A DNA stretch of 64,000 nt from Cyanophora paradoxa CCMP329 (Eukaryota; Plantae; Glaucophyta). The notes beneath the pieces are model-generated. The model did not search any database, had not been told where the DNA came from, and was given only the letters and a program-made list of their open reading frames with translations. Below, piece by piece: positions 50,994 to 63,300 of this stretch (the first letter of the stretch is position 1; the number at the start of each line of letters is the position of its first letter). The DNA is taken from positions 1,116,001-1,180,000 of the forward strand of contig QPMI01000408.1 of NCBI GenBank assembly GCA_004431415.1. Reading direction: 5' to 3'. Made by a program: the position numbers and the translations under genes.

Positions 50994-51761
50994 ATGCAAA
51001 GTTCCGGGGTACAAGTGCGAGTAGCAGCGAGGACCCAGCGAATCGCGGCAACGATGCCGGGCCTGGACCTGGGGGTGCGCGGCGGCGCGTGCCTGCGCTC
51101 TTGACGGCGCAACGCTGGACAGACCGACAGTGACCGTACGCGCGCAGGTCATCGACGCGGTGTACGCACTCGGCGTCGGCGCGATGGCGGTCGGAGGCAT
51201 CACGTTCATGCTGAGACAGGTTTGAGAGTGATGCTCCTGTCAGCGCCGCGCTGAGCCCGCCGATCAGGGTTTCGCCGCCGAGCCGCGCAAGAAGCTGCCC
51301 AACACGCGCGCCCGGCCGGTGCGTCGCCGGGTCCACGCTTCGCCGCGTCGAATCCCGCTGGCTGCTGCTGCTGCGAGCTTCGAAGTCTCCTGAGCTGCTC
51401 GAGCTTACCGCACGGCGCCGGCGCCGCCGGCGCACGCAGACTATCGTGCAGCTGTGCGGGCAGTGCCTCGGCAGCGGCAGGGTGCGCTGCGATGCGTGCG
51501 GCGGCACGGGAACGGACGCGAAGCGCGAGACGAAGTACACGACGTGCAAGTGCGCGAGCGAGGCCGCTAGCGCTGCAGCTAATCATGAGCGGACTGCCAC
51601 GTGCAACCGCGCGCAGCTGCGCACACGCCCGTGCGCCCTCCTGCTGATTCACAGTCGCGCGTTCTTCGCTCAGATGCTCGGTCTGCTCCGGCGCCGGAAA
51701 GATCGCGTGCCTCTACTGCAACGGCACGGGCGACTCGGCCAAGGGGAGCAGGAGGAGGTGA
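50994..51761 (+). CDS. DnaJ-type zinc-finger (CxxCxGxG x4) protein with a hydrophobic segment and no J-domain (BSD2/PSA2/ORANGE-like class)
   Basis: Four repeats: CGQCLGSG, CDACGGTG, CSVCSGAG, CLYCNGTG. A TM-like segment AVYALGVGAMAVGGITFML lies upstream. Start is 50994 or 51054. Confidence 0.8.
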
Positions 51762-52455
51762 CGCCTGCGCCGGCGCCGGCTGCGGCGGCGCGGGATCCCG
51801 GAGCGCAGCCCCATCGTCCAAGCGCTGCGGAGTGCACGCGCCGACGTATATCAGTGCTTCCGTGACCGTTAAGCCCGATCGCCGCCGGCGCTGGGGCGCA
51901 CTGCGGCAGGCGCCGGCGCTGAATTCGGAAGCTACGGCAGGCCGCACTGCGCATGCGGCAGGCGCCGGCGCCGGGGCGCCGGCGCCGGCCTTCCCAGCGC
52001 TGACCTCCACTGTGCCACGGTGGCTCGACTGTTGAGGCCCTTCGCTGAGGCTCGATCGTCGGACGCTCTCTTGTTGTTTATTGAAGCTCATGTAGTAGAT
52101 TTATTGTAGCCACAGCTAGCAATAGGTGTTGAGTTCTATAACAGATTTTGATATCGATATCTAGATCTAGATCTATATCTCGACGCAGTCAAACTTCGAT
52201 TTCTTCGATTTGGCGCTTTCCGGGCCCCTGTCACCCAGCCCCTTCAGAACCCTCCCCGTCAATTGCAATTTGCAATCCCCTCGAGCTCGGGCCTCGGCCA
52301 GGCAAGTGGGGGAGCAGTGCACGTTCCACCTATAATTAAGATAGAGCTCGAGGCTCCTGCAATAGGGAGTCGGACGACCCCGAAAAACTGCAGCTGTCAC
52401 TTTCCTGCCCTGATGTCGCTACCCTACCTACATAGCTATCGCTCAGGAGCCCGCG

Positions 52456-53421
52456 CTACAGGTCGGGGACGTCGGAGGACTTGATGATTTTGACGCCCTT
52501 GGCCCTGCACGCCTCCAGCTGCTTCTCGATGCACGCCGGGTCGATGCCCCGCGACGCGTCCTCGATGAGGAAGGTGGAGAAGCCCTCGCCGGCCGAATCC
52601 AGCGCCGAGAACGAGACGCAGTAGTCTGTGGCGAGCCTGCCGTGCCGCGGGGCGTGGGCGCGGGCGCGGCGTCGCGCGGCGGGTTAAGAGGAAAGCGGCG
52701 CGACGCACCCGCACATGTACACGTCCGTGATGCCCTTCTCCTTCAGGAGCGGGGCCAGCTCCGTTGCCTGCAGGCGCGCGTTGTCGTAGAAAGCCGAGTC
52801 TGCCCGCCGGCCGGGTCAGCGGCCACGCGCGCGGCGCGGCAGGGGCACTCACAGGAGTCCACTTTGATGTTCGTGCCCTTCTGCACGATGCGGTCGCTCT
52901 CCGCGCGCTCGAGGGCCGGGTGAAACTGCGCCCCGAAGGAACCCTGCGCGAAGCGAGCCTCAGCGCACTTCGCTCAACTTAAAGAAACTTAGCTAAGCCC
53001 GCGGCAGCGTCGCGTGGCGTCCGCGGCGGCTGCAGCGATCCGCGCGCGGTTCGTCGCACCTGGACGCAGTGGTCAGGCCAGAGCACCTGCGGGCCCGTCT
53101 CGAGCTCCATCTGCTCGAATGGCTTGCGATCATGCGTGCTCGCAAAGCTCGCGTGCTTCGGCGGATGCCAGTCCTGCGGCGGCGGCGGTGAACGGCTGAA
53201 CCGGCTCGCGCCCCGAACGCCGGGCTCGCCTGCGAGAGAACGATGAGGTGCCAGCCCTTCTTCCGCAGCCTGTTCACGATTTCCAAGATCTCTGAGGCGT
53301 TCGGCACGGCCAGGGCGCCGCCCTCGCAGAAGTCGTTTTGAATGTCCACGAGCAGGAGGCACCGCCGCCGCCCCGCGAAGATCGCTGGACAGCAGCTCCA
53401 GGAACGGTTAACGCACCGCAT
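52456..53421 (-). CDS. pncA: Nicotinamidase/pyrazinamidase (isochorismatase family)
   Basis: LLVDIQNDFCEGGALAV, SQDWHP..H.SF, LWPDHCVQGSFGAQFH, IVQKG...DS, SAF.DN, GLATDYCV, LIEDASRGID. The catalytic D/K/C residues are present. Confidence 0.95.
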
Positions 53422-53825
53422 CGCTCGCTGCGCGCTTGTCCGGCTCGCCGGATGACTTCGCGGCCGAGCTCGAGTCGGTCCTCTGAACACGCTCAAGTGA
53501 TCATGACCCCCCCAACTGACACCAGCTGACAGAGCCCAGAGTGACGATTCGAGTACGTTACAAGCAACGCGCGTGCATCATGGCATGCACCCAGGCCAGG
53601 CGCGCCGGCCATACATGTACAATCCAGCCTAGGCCTCACTGAGTCACACTGTGACACGGCCGCGGCCTAGCCGCAGGGCCCGTCCGAGCCTCCGAGGCTC
53701 GCTGAGCATGGATCGAAAGAGGTGTCTTTAAATTCTATTTAAAACGATATGCAAATAGCACTGTATAGTACGACCTTCTGCCCTACTAATAAACTGCTTC
53801 GAGAAGAGCGCGCGGGCCTACTAGG

Positions 53826-55423
53826 CTACGCCCCGTCCTCCGCCAGCGCCCGCTTGAACGCCTCATACGTCGAGATGACGACGGCGCAGGCCGGCGTCAC
53901 GCGCGTGATCCGCGCCGCCATGCCTGCGGCCCCGCCCCGAGCGCCGTCGGCGAGCGGACGGGAAGCATGCGGGGGGGTGGATGGGCATCATGGGGGGCGG
54001 ACCGCGGGTGAAGCCCCGGAGCCCTTCGTTCGCCATTATGTCCCGCGAGATGTCCCACGCGCGGAGCCGCCGCTCCGCCGCGTGTACCTGTACCCTCGTC
54101 TTCACGACGTCTGCGGCGGAGCCGTCAGCGGCGCCGGGATCGGAGGGCCGTGGGGAGGGCGGCGCGCCGGCGGGGTTCGTTACGGCTGCCGCGAGCATTC
54201 CCGCGCCGCCGCCCGCGAGGAAGGACTGAAGGAAGGAGGACCCGTCCTTGAGCCTGCGGGAAGTGTAGTGGTCAGGCCGGCAGCTTATCGTCCTCCAAAT
54301 CAGAGCGCACGAGAGGGGCCCCCGCAGCGTCTCGTACGCCCCCCAGTAGACCGCCGAGAAGGGGATGTCCCGGAGCAGCGAGACGCCCATACCCGTCCAG
54401 AGCCGCCTCCAGTTTTGCATGCCCGGCCCCGCAACCAGCCTGAAGCTCTCGATCATCGCTGGAGAGGGCGTCAGAGCTAAGCCGTCGTCAGAGCGGGGCG
54501 GGGGCGGCGCACTGGGCGCGCGGGCCGCGCCAACGTGCGCCTGCATCGAGGTGCGGACGAGCTCCAGAGGAACGAACACCGACGCGATGCCGCCGCGCGC
54601 GAGCGCCCCTGTGGCAGAGTTGGGCGGCGGATCGGAAGCGCGGCGGCGGCGCCGCCGCATTGCACACCCGCGAGAAAAGCCGAAGCGACGGGCGGCTGCA
54701 TGGGTCCCAGCGCGAACCCCGTCGACGCGATCGCTGCCTTCAGGTACTCGTACGACGAGAGATACCTGCAGGACGCGCCGTGCGTCAGAAGCAGAAGATT
54801 CGAGAGCGGCGGGGCGGGAGAGGGAGAGCACAGCGCGGAGGAAGGAACGGTCATGACGAGGCCGGGGCCGACTCCCCTCCACAGCGCTAGGGGTCCCTGC
54901 GAGTGCAACGGGGGCTCTGAGCTCGCGCGCGCAAGCCAGACGACGAAGCGGCGGGCGTGCCTCGTGCCGAACAATGTTCGCGAACGCCTGCATGCTGCCC
55001 GCATGACTGGAAGAGGCCTGCAGGCGCACAGAGATGACTTTCAGAACCAGCCAGTGAGCGGGCGGGGCTCAGCGAACCTGCACGCGGACTTTCACAACGT
55101 CGAACGGCGAAGCTGCGCGTGGGGTGAGCGGCAGGGCGCGCAGCAGTCTGTATCGACGAGCGCACTGATGAGTGTGGCCGCAACGCTCCCGAGGGTGCTC
55201 GCCAGGATCTGGCTGCGGAAGTTCAATGATGGGAGCGACGCGCTCGAGCTTGGCGCCGGCTCCGCTGGGGCTGCCGCGAAGGCCTCGCTGTCATCCACGG
55301 ACACCTGATGCGTGTGCGGCAACGGCGTCAGTGCGGTGGACGACGGCGGAGGGGCGAGCATGAAAAGACCTCGAGTGGGGGCAGCTGACTTCGCCTTAGC
55401 GCAGCCGTGGTCATTTCGGGCAT
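53826..55423 (-). CDS. Mitochondrial carrier family protein (SLC25A39/40-Mtm1-like)
   Basis: Carrier repeats: VKVR.Q, EGPLALWRGVGPGLVMTVPSSALY..YE, PLELVRTSMQA, LWTGMGVSLLRDIPFSAVYWGAYE, PADVVKTRVQ, RITRVTPACAVVISTYE. Confidence 0.9.
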
Positions 55424-55526
55424 GCGGCCGCACGTCCGAAGGCGATCCAGCCCGATTCGAAGTCCACTCGCCAGGGTACGACCACGTGACAGGGTACAGG
55501 TGCGGCGCTTGGTAGTAGCAGGTGTT

Positions 55527-58322
55527 ATGATGGCCAGCCACAGGGGAGGCCTCCCGGCGGTTGCCGGTGCGTTCCGAGTGGGATATGAGCCAGACCCGGC
55601 CTCAGGACGGCGCGAATGATGGTGGCTCCTAACGGCGGCGGTACTAGCCACCGTTCTGGCGCGGCCAGCTGGCCATAGAACAGTCCATACAGCGTTATCC
55701 GTCACCCTCACCCGTCCGACGTCGGTCCTGTCCGGTGTTTAACGCCCGCTCCCGCCTCGCAGGCGGCATCCTCCTTGTCGTCCTCGCGGCGTTTGCCCCG
55801 GTTGCGCACAGCGCCTTCAGCAACGGTGTTGAAGGGTTTATTCAGCTTAAGCCCACGGACGGCGGTGATTTCGATGGGCTGGCGGTCTTTTCCTACAACG
55901 GGACAGCTAGCCCGCCGACGTTCGAGGTGCAGAGCTCCGAACGGTGCCTGCCAAGCCGAGTAGCATCATCTAACTGTATATGATGCAGTTCTTCGTGTAC
56001 CATGGATTCTATGAGACGCTGGCGGCGACCGATATCACTCTGAACGGCGTGAGCGCTGATATCAAGATGACTTCTTCAGAGAAGTTCTTCTTCCACGGGA
56101 CGTGCGTGCTCCTCTCGCTTCTCTCGTTCGAACTTTCTGAGCAGCGGCGTTTGCCAGGTTTGCCAACACGACCGGCTTCCTCACTCGGTCGTCTCCCGGG
56201 GCAGCCTGGACCATGAATGGAGAGATGGCTATTTTGAAGGCCGTCACAGTCGGCGGCGCCAGCGTGAAGTACAGGATGGCCGGCACCACCTGGACTCCTG
56301 CTTCGGGCGTCACGGAGATGACCTTGGTTCAGATGTACAACAAGGCTACCTGCGCGGGCCCTGCTGCGGGTACGACGAGCCCCTCGCATAATTCTTTTCT
56401 TGTCTAATCTCTCGTGAAGCCTTCCTCTGGAAGTCGGGAACCCCGGCTACAACCAACATCGTGTGGACGGGCGGCCCGGTTTCTCAGAACTTCACGTACG
56501 GTATTTTCATCAGCGACTCCGGTGATCTCAATCCCACCACTCCAGTCGGGGCCGCTACGTGGGCCGCTGCCGACAAAGACGCGTTCCCGAAGAAGCTGTG
56601 GGCGGTGTGCTTTTCGCAGCTCTTTCTTTCTTCCGTCTCTGTCTCATTCCCTACCTGCCGTAGACCACGACCGCCACGGTCTCCGTCCTGGCTATCAGCG
56701 GCCTGAACGATGCCACCGCGAAGAAGTTCCCCGGGGAGGTCCAGAACATCGAGGCCATTCCCTCTCAGTGGGGGAGGACCCTCACGTTGGATCTCATCAA
56801 GCCCAAGGGCTGCACTCCGAGTGCGGCCGGCCGCTCCCAGCCCTCCCCCGCCTCGCCGCTCACATTTCTCCAGGCAACTCGACGTCGACCACTGCTCCCG
56901 CCAGCACCCTCTACGTTTACTTCCGCGGCACCCAGTGTTCGGCTATCAGCAAGACGGCTCTGCAAGACGCGGCCAACGCGCTGGCCCGCATCACGGGTAT
57001 CACCGCCAGTGATTGCGTCCAAGCGACTCGCAAGGCCCGCCGCTCCACCCGTGGCACTGCCTCGGGGGTCGCCTCCAGCTCTGGCGTTCGTGTCCCAGCC
57101 GCCTTTCACGATCCGATCCCGCGCCCTAAAGCCTCTACAGGCTCGGTTCCAGCTCACATTCCCCGCTGGTGCCGGCGCCGCGGCTGCGACCCAGTTCCAG
57201 CGCTCGATCCAGTCCGGCTCTGGCCTCGCCGCCCTCGCCAACGCCCTCAACGTCGACGCGTCGGTCATCTCCATGACTGCCCTGGGCACCAGCGCCAACC
57301 CCACCGCCGGCGTTAGCACCGGCGGTCCGTCGACGTTGCTCTCGTGCCCCGCCGTTCCATCGCCCCTCATCCTTGTGGCGCAGCGCTGGCGTCTGTCGAC
57401 ACCACGAACCGCCTCCGCCTCATCTGTGAGCTCATCCCCCATTTGTTTCCCCCCCTTCTGCTCCGCTCAGACAGCCCCAGACAACCCGTTCTCGAACGTG
57501 ATCAAGAGCTCGCTCACCGGCGCCCCGTCGGGGGGCGCCCAAACCCCGGCGAGCGATGAGCAGCTGCGCGCGGCGTTCTGCGGCGCCTCTGGCCAGTACG
57601 ACTACGTGCGGAATGCCCCCGTCGTCCCGGCGTTCACCGACGGCCTCATCTCCGCCTACCTCCGGCACGGCGGCGCTGAGGCGCTCACCACCGCCTTCAC
57701 GCCTCTTGCCAACCTCGCGCCCGTGGCCGGCGCCTCCGTCAGCCTCGGCACCATCGACCAGAAGACGCTGTACATCCCCGCGAGCTGCATGGTTGCTGCC
57801 AGCGACTCGGCCTCTGGCAAGCGCAAGCTCCTTCAGCTCGGCGGCTCCACCACCGGCAACACGTTCGGAGTCCAGACGGCGGTCGGCGCCATGAACGCCG
57901 TGCCCGTCTACGCCATCGTCTCGGGCGGCGTCGTGCGGGCTACGGGGACCGTGAACGGCGGCACCAACCTGGTGGAACTCTCGATCGGCGTCGACAATCT
58001 CTACGGCCTGTTGAAGGCGGCCATGACCAAGACCGCGCCGGCGGGCACAAGCTGGGCCGCCGCCAAGACTGGGTTCTATGGGTACATCTCGAACTACGGC
58101 GTCCTTCCCGCCGACATCGCCAAGAACAAGAACCTGTGCCGCGAAGTCGTCGGCAATGTCATCAACACCCCCACCGGCAACGACTGGTACACTTCGCCCT
58201 GCTTCGTCCGCAACCCCGAGCTCGTCCTCCCTGCCGGCTACAGCGCCGCCGCCGTCCTCTCGGCCGGCCTCGTGCCCTTCCTCCTCGCCCTCGCCACCGC
58301 GGTCTACGCCCGCTACTTCTAG
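55527..58322 (+). CDS. Secreted, probably GPI-anchored cell-surface protein of unknown function
   Basis: Spliced signal peptide MMASHRGGLPAVAG|GILLVVLAAFAPVAHSA. The protein ends in a hydrophobic tail SAAAVLSAGLVPFLLALATAVYARYF* with no cytoplasmic domain. Internal basic motifs RKARRS and GKRKLLQ. Confidence 0.75.
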
Positions 58323-58578
58323 GCGTGCGGCGGGCCCCCGTCCCCCTTTCTGTTTGTTAAGTAAGTCCCGCGGGGTACCCCCCCGCGGTTGCTTGTATGT
58401 AGGGTTAGTTTTACGTTCTCCCATCCTCTTATTTCGAGTGTGTCCTGATCCTTAGTAGGGGTAATTACATCGTTCATTCGCGATTTCGATCGAACACGCT
58501 GCACACGGCATGCGCACGCCCGCCCGCTTAAAAGCAAGCGAGCACAGCTTCCAATCCGCGCCGCCTTCGCAACTAGAG

Positions 58579-60012
58579 CTAGCCGTCCTCCAGCGTATCG
58601 GACTCCACGGGCGCCCATGAGAGCCTATCCTCGAAGTCCTCAATCTGAAGCCAAGCAAAGCAGCGGGACTCGAGCTCAGCGATCGAAATGCAACATTTGA
58701 TCCGAGGTAGGAAAGGAAAGCGGACCTGGAGGCGCGAGGCGCGGACCTTGCGGGCCGTGAAGAGGCGCCGGGCGGGGCGGGCCTCCCCCTCCGCCCACCG
58801 CCCGAACCCCGTCTCCTCCTCCCCGTACGGGAACGACCCTGCAATCCAGCCTGCGACGCGGGCGGATCAAATCCCCGCCCTAGGCCTCCTGCCGCCCCGC
58901 GCGCCCCGCACCGAGCTTGGCGAACGAAGACTCGACGTCGGACATCGAGAAGCGCCCAGCGGCGGCGCCCTCGCCCTCGCCCTCGCCCTCCGTGGCGACG
59001 TCCCCGAAGAGCCAGCTCTCCTCGCACGAGAGGTCCGAGATCGCCTCGAGGAGGGCGTCTCCCTCGTCCTGCGCGAGCCGGTCCAGGGCGCCGTCGATGA
59101 CCCAGACAGTCGCGACGTTCACGTCGTGGCCCCGCATCTTCAGCACGTCCATCCAGAGCTGCGTGTCCCGCAGCGGCGCGACCACGCTGAAGAGCTTGCA
59201 GCCCGCCGGGACGGCCTGCAGCCCTGCGGCGGGCGCGGCGCGGTCGACGGAACGGAGAGGAGCGGAGCGGAAGGAAGAGGAAGCGCTTCGGCCGCGCACG
59301 GTCCAGGGTCTCCCGCTTGGCGTCAGCCACGTCCTTCTCCTCGACCTGGTACACGAACTGGTTCGTGCCCCACGGGAGCCGGTACGGACGCGCATCGAAG
59401 CCTGCAGGTGCGTGAGGCCGCGCGCGCGGGGCGGGCGGCGCGGGCGGCGTGCCGGTGCCGAGCAGGACGGCCTGCGGGAGGAGGCGGACGAGCACGGCGC
59501 GCTCGAGGAGGAACTCGTCTCCGAGCCGCGTGCGCACGGCCTCAAGCCTCTGCAGCTCGGCATCCGGCTCCCCGCCGTCTTCCAGCAGCGCCGCGAAGCG
59601 TGCCGCGAGCGAGTCGTCGATCAGCCGCTCGCCCTCGGGCCTCGCGGTCTCCGCGGAGCGCGCCGCCGCCAGCTGCACGCACAGCTTGAATGCGTCGCTC
59701 GTCTGTGCCGCCGAGGACGGCCCTGCGCGTGCGAGGGGATCGGACAGAGAAGCTGGACCGGAACCGGCGGCGGATTCTCGAACCAGGCGTGGAGGCGGAG
59801 GCGACCGGCGCGGCTTCGAAGGCACACGGCCTCCTTTGCCGACGCTCGGCGCGCACGCGCGTCGCTTTGTCTGCGCCCAGCTCAGCCGAGCGCGAAGCGG
59901 CCGGTGTGCAAAGCGGCGGACCGTGCGGGCAGCGCTGTCCGAGCCAGCCTGATGCCGGCCTAGAGACGGACGACGGCAGGGGGGCCACAGGAAGGGCGAA
60001 GGCGAGGCTCAT
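58579..60012 (-). CDS. Plastid-targeted SAM-dependent methyltransferase, leucine carboxyl methyltransferase (LCM)-like family
   Basis: Transit peptide MSLAFALPV.... Family-like motifs: AAARSAET...LIDDSLAARFA, AVRTRLGDEFL, QAVLLGTG|FDARPYRLPW, TVWVIDGAL. Confidence 0.82.
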
Positions 60013-60319
60013 CGGAATTTGCTGTACGCGGGGCCCGGAGGGGGGAAGAAGTCGAACGGGGGGAAGAAGTCGAACGGCCACAAAATTCGAGCGGCTTTCA
60101 CAGCGAAGGTGCGGTCGTCCGGGGCGAGCAGACGTGAGTACCATCCTATAGACGCCATAGCTATTGTCACCTAGCGACTCCTGCGTCCGGGCTTCGCTGA
60201 AGTCGCGCACCGACCGGCCCGCCAACTCCGGCTTCGGAATGGGTCGTAAACCTCAGCTATGGGCTCACAATGCTCGCAGATAACATCTTGAAGACCCGGA
60301 GAGGCGAGCGATCGATACG

Positions 60320-63300
60320 ATGAGCGCGGCGGCTGCTCCACCGCAGCCCACGCCGGCTCCGCCAGCTCCAGCACCGATCCAGCCCGCAGCTGACTCGGCC
60401 GCCCCACCTCAAATAGCACAGGCCACGGCAGCGGCAGCAGCACCGTCACAGCCGCCTGCCCAGCCAGGTCAACCTGCCACCGCCCAGCCCTCAGCAGCAC
60501 CGCCAGCTCAGCCCGCCGCCACTTCCCCCGCCCCCGGCGCCGCTCAGCCTGCGGGGCAGCCGCCAGCACAACCCGCCGCTGTGCCGCCTGCCCCGGCTGC
60601 CGCTCAGCCCGCGGGAGCGCCGCCAGCACAGCCTGCCGCGGCGCCGCCCGCCCCGGCCGGCGCTCAGCCCGCGGACCGCCGCCGGCACAGCCCGCTGTCG
60701 CGCCGCCTGCCCCGGCTGCCGCTCAGCCCGCGGGAGCGCCGCCGGCACAGCCCGCTGCCGCGCCGCCTGCCCCAGCCGCCGCTCAGCCTGCGGAGCAGCC
60801 GCCAGCGCAGCCCGCCGCCGCGGCCCCGCCCCGGCCGCCTCTCAGCCTGCAGGGCAGCCGCCAGTTCCGCCGGCTGTCGCGACCCCTGCCCCGCGTCTGG
60901 TCAGCCCGCGGGAACGCCGCCAGCACAACCCGCTGTCGCGCCGCCCGCCCCGGCCGGCGCTCAGCCCGCGGGAGCGCCGCCAGCACAGCCTGCCGCTGCG
61001 CCGCCCGCCCCGGTCGCCACTCAGCCCGCAGGACCGCCGCCGGCACAGCCCGCTGCCGCGCCGCCTGCCCCGGCCGCCGCTCAGCCCGCAGGACCGCCGC
61101 CAGCACAGCCCGCCGTCGCGCCGCCCGCTCCGGCCGCCGCTGCACCCGCCCCGGCCGCCGCTCAGCCCGCGGGAGCGCCGCCAGCACAGCCCGCCGCCGT
61201 GGCACCCTCCCGGCCGCCGCTGAGCCCGCAGGAGCGCCGCCAGCTCAGCCTGCCGCCGCGCCGCCTGCCCCGGCCGCCGCTCAGCCCGCGGGACCACCGT
61301 CGGCACAGCCCGCCGCCGCGCCGCCCGCCCCGGCCGCCGCTCAGCCCGCGGGAGCGCCGCCAGCACAGCCCGCCGCCGTGGCACCATCCCGGCCGCCGCT
61401 GAGCCCGCGGGAGCGCCGCCAGCACAGCCCGCCGCCGCGGCACCCGCCCCGGCCGCCGCTGAGCCCGCAGGAGCGCCGCCAGCTCAGCCTGCCGCCGCGC
61501 CGCCTGCCCCGGCCGGCGCTCAGCCCGCGGGACCGCCGCCGGCACAGCCCGCTGTCGCGCCGCCTGCCCCGGCTGCCGCTCAGCCCGCGGGACCGCCGCC
61601 GGCACAGCCCGCCGCGGCGCCGCCCGCCACGGCCGCCACTCAGCCTGCGGGACCGCCGCCAGCACAGCCTGCCGCTGCGCCGCCTGCCCCAGCCGCCGCT
61701 CAGCCTGCGGAGCAGCCGCCAGCGCAGCCCGCCGCTGCTGCCCCGCCCCGGCCGCCGCTCAGCCCGCAGGACCGCCGCCGGCACAGCCCGCTGCCGCGCC
61801 GCCTGCCCCGGTCGCCACTCAGCCTGCGGGCAGCCGCCAGTTCAGCCAGTCGCCGCCGTCCCCGCCCCGGCTGCACCTCAGCCCGCCGCCGCGGCCCCCG
61901 CCCCGCCGCCGCCCAGCCCGCCGCTCAGCCCGCCGCCGCAGCCCCCGCTCCGGCCGCCGCTCAGGCTGCGGGGCAGCCGCCAGTTCAGCCCGCGGCGCCG
62001 GCGGCCGCCCAGCCGACCGTCCCGGCCGCTGCGCAGCCGCAAGCCCAGGCGGCGGCGCAGGCGCCAGCTCAGCCCGCCGCCGCTGCCGCCGCCTCGGCGC
62101 TGGCGCAGCTCCCGCAGAGCATCACGCGCGACCTCCAGAACTTCCTCCTGCAGTGCGCCGCCCTCGCGGACGCCAACCTCGCCGCCGCCGGCCCGCCCGC
62201 CGCCGGCCTCCTGCCCTTCGCGGCCGCCGCCCCCGCCCCGCGAGGCCGGCCCGGCAGCCGCCCCGGCGCCCGCCCCGGCCCCGGCGCAACCCGCGGAGGC
62301 CCCGGCGCCCGTGACGTCTACACGCACGCCCGCGAGCCCGCCGCCGCGGCCGACCAGTGGACGGTACGCGTACCCCTCCCCGTCCTCGTCGTACCCCTGA
62401 CGGCTCCGCAGGCTGCGGTCACGGGCTTCGCGGTCGAGCAGGCGCCCGCCGAGCCGCCGGTCCGGTCGGCGCCGGCCCCGCCGCAGGCCGCCCCGCCCCC
62501 GGCGCAGGTCCGACCGCCCTCCCGCCCGCCCGCCGCCTATCCCCTCCTCCTGACGCCTCTGGCGGCAGGTCTTCCACGTCCAGACCCCCGTCCAGGTCGT
62601 CGTGGCGACGCCGGCCCAGACCGGCGCGGCGGCACCCGCGGCCCCGCCCCAGCAGGGCGCCCCGCCGCCGCAGCACGGCGCCGCCCCGCCGCCGCAGCAG
62701 CAGGGCGCACCGCCGCCGCAGCAGGCGGGGGCGGCGCTGCAGGGGGCGGGCTACGCGGAGCGCCTGGGCCTGCAGCTCGGCATCCTCGGCACCAAGTCCA
62801 ACTACCAGCTCCCTTACAAAGCCCGCGCCCCCTTCTCCGCTCCCCCTCCTTGCCTCCTCTTTCTTCTCCACTGAGTTCGAGTCCACCCCTCAGGTCCGGG
62901 AGATCATGGACGCGCGCGAGGCGGACCGCCTCTACTCCCAGGTCCGCCCCCCGCCCTCGCCCCGGCCCCCGCCCTTGGATTCGGATGGGAGATAGGTGGA
63001 CGATAGCGGGGGATATGATATGCTCGTGGAGCCGGGTGGGGGACAGAGAGAGTGGAAGGGAGTAGCAGCGAGAGAGCGCGCCGGGTGGAGAGAGGCCCGA
63101 CGCGGGGCCGGGGCGCGCAGTTCCTGCGGGAGCGCGCGGCGGAGCGGCAGGAGGCCGACGGCGGGCGCCCGGGCTTCGGCGGGCCCCTCGGGCCCTACGG
63201 CTTCGACGAGCGCCCCGGCACCTCCCTCCCGGTGCCGCCTAACTGTTTTAATGTTTCTAACTCTGCTTTCTAACTGTTTTAACGTTTAAATCAGATCCGC

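Noticed and set aside
52456-55423. pncA next to a mitochondrial carrier as an NAD-salvage cluster
   Set aside because: The carrier motifs (LLRDIPFSAVYW, PACAVVISTYE) look like the SLC25A39/40-Mtm1 type rather than NAD carriers, and adjacency alone is weak evidence.
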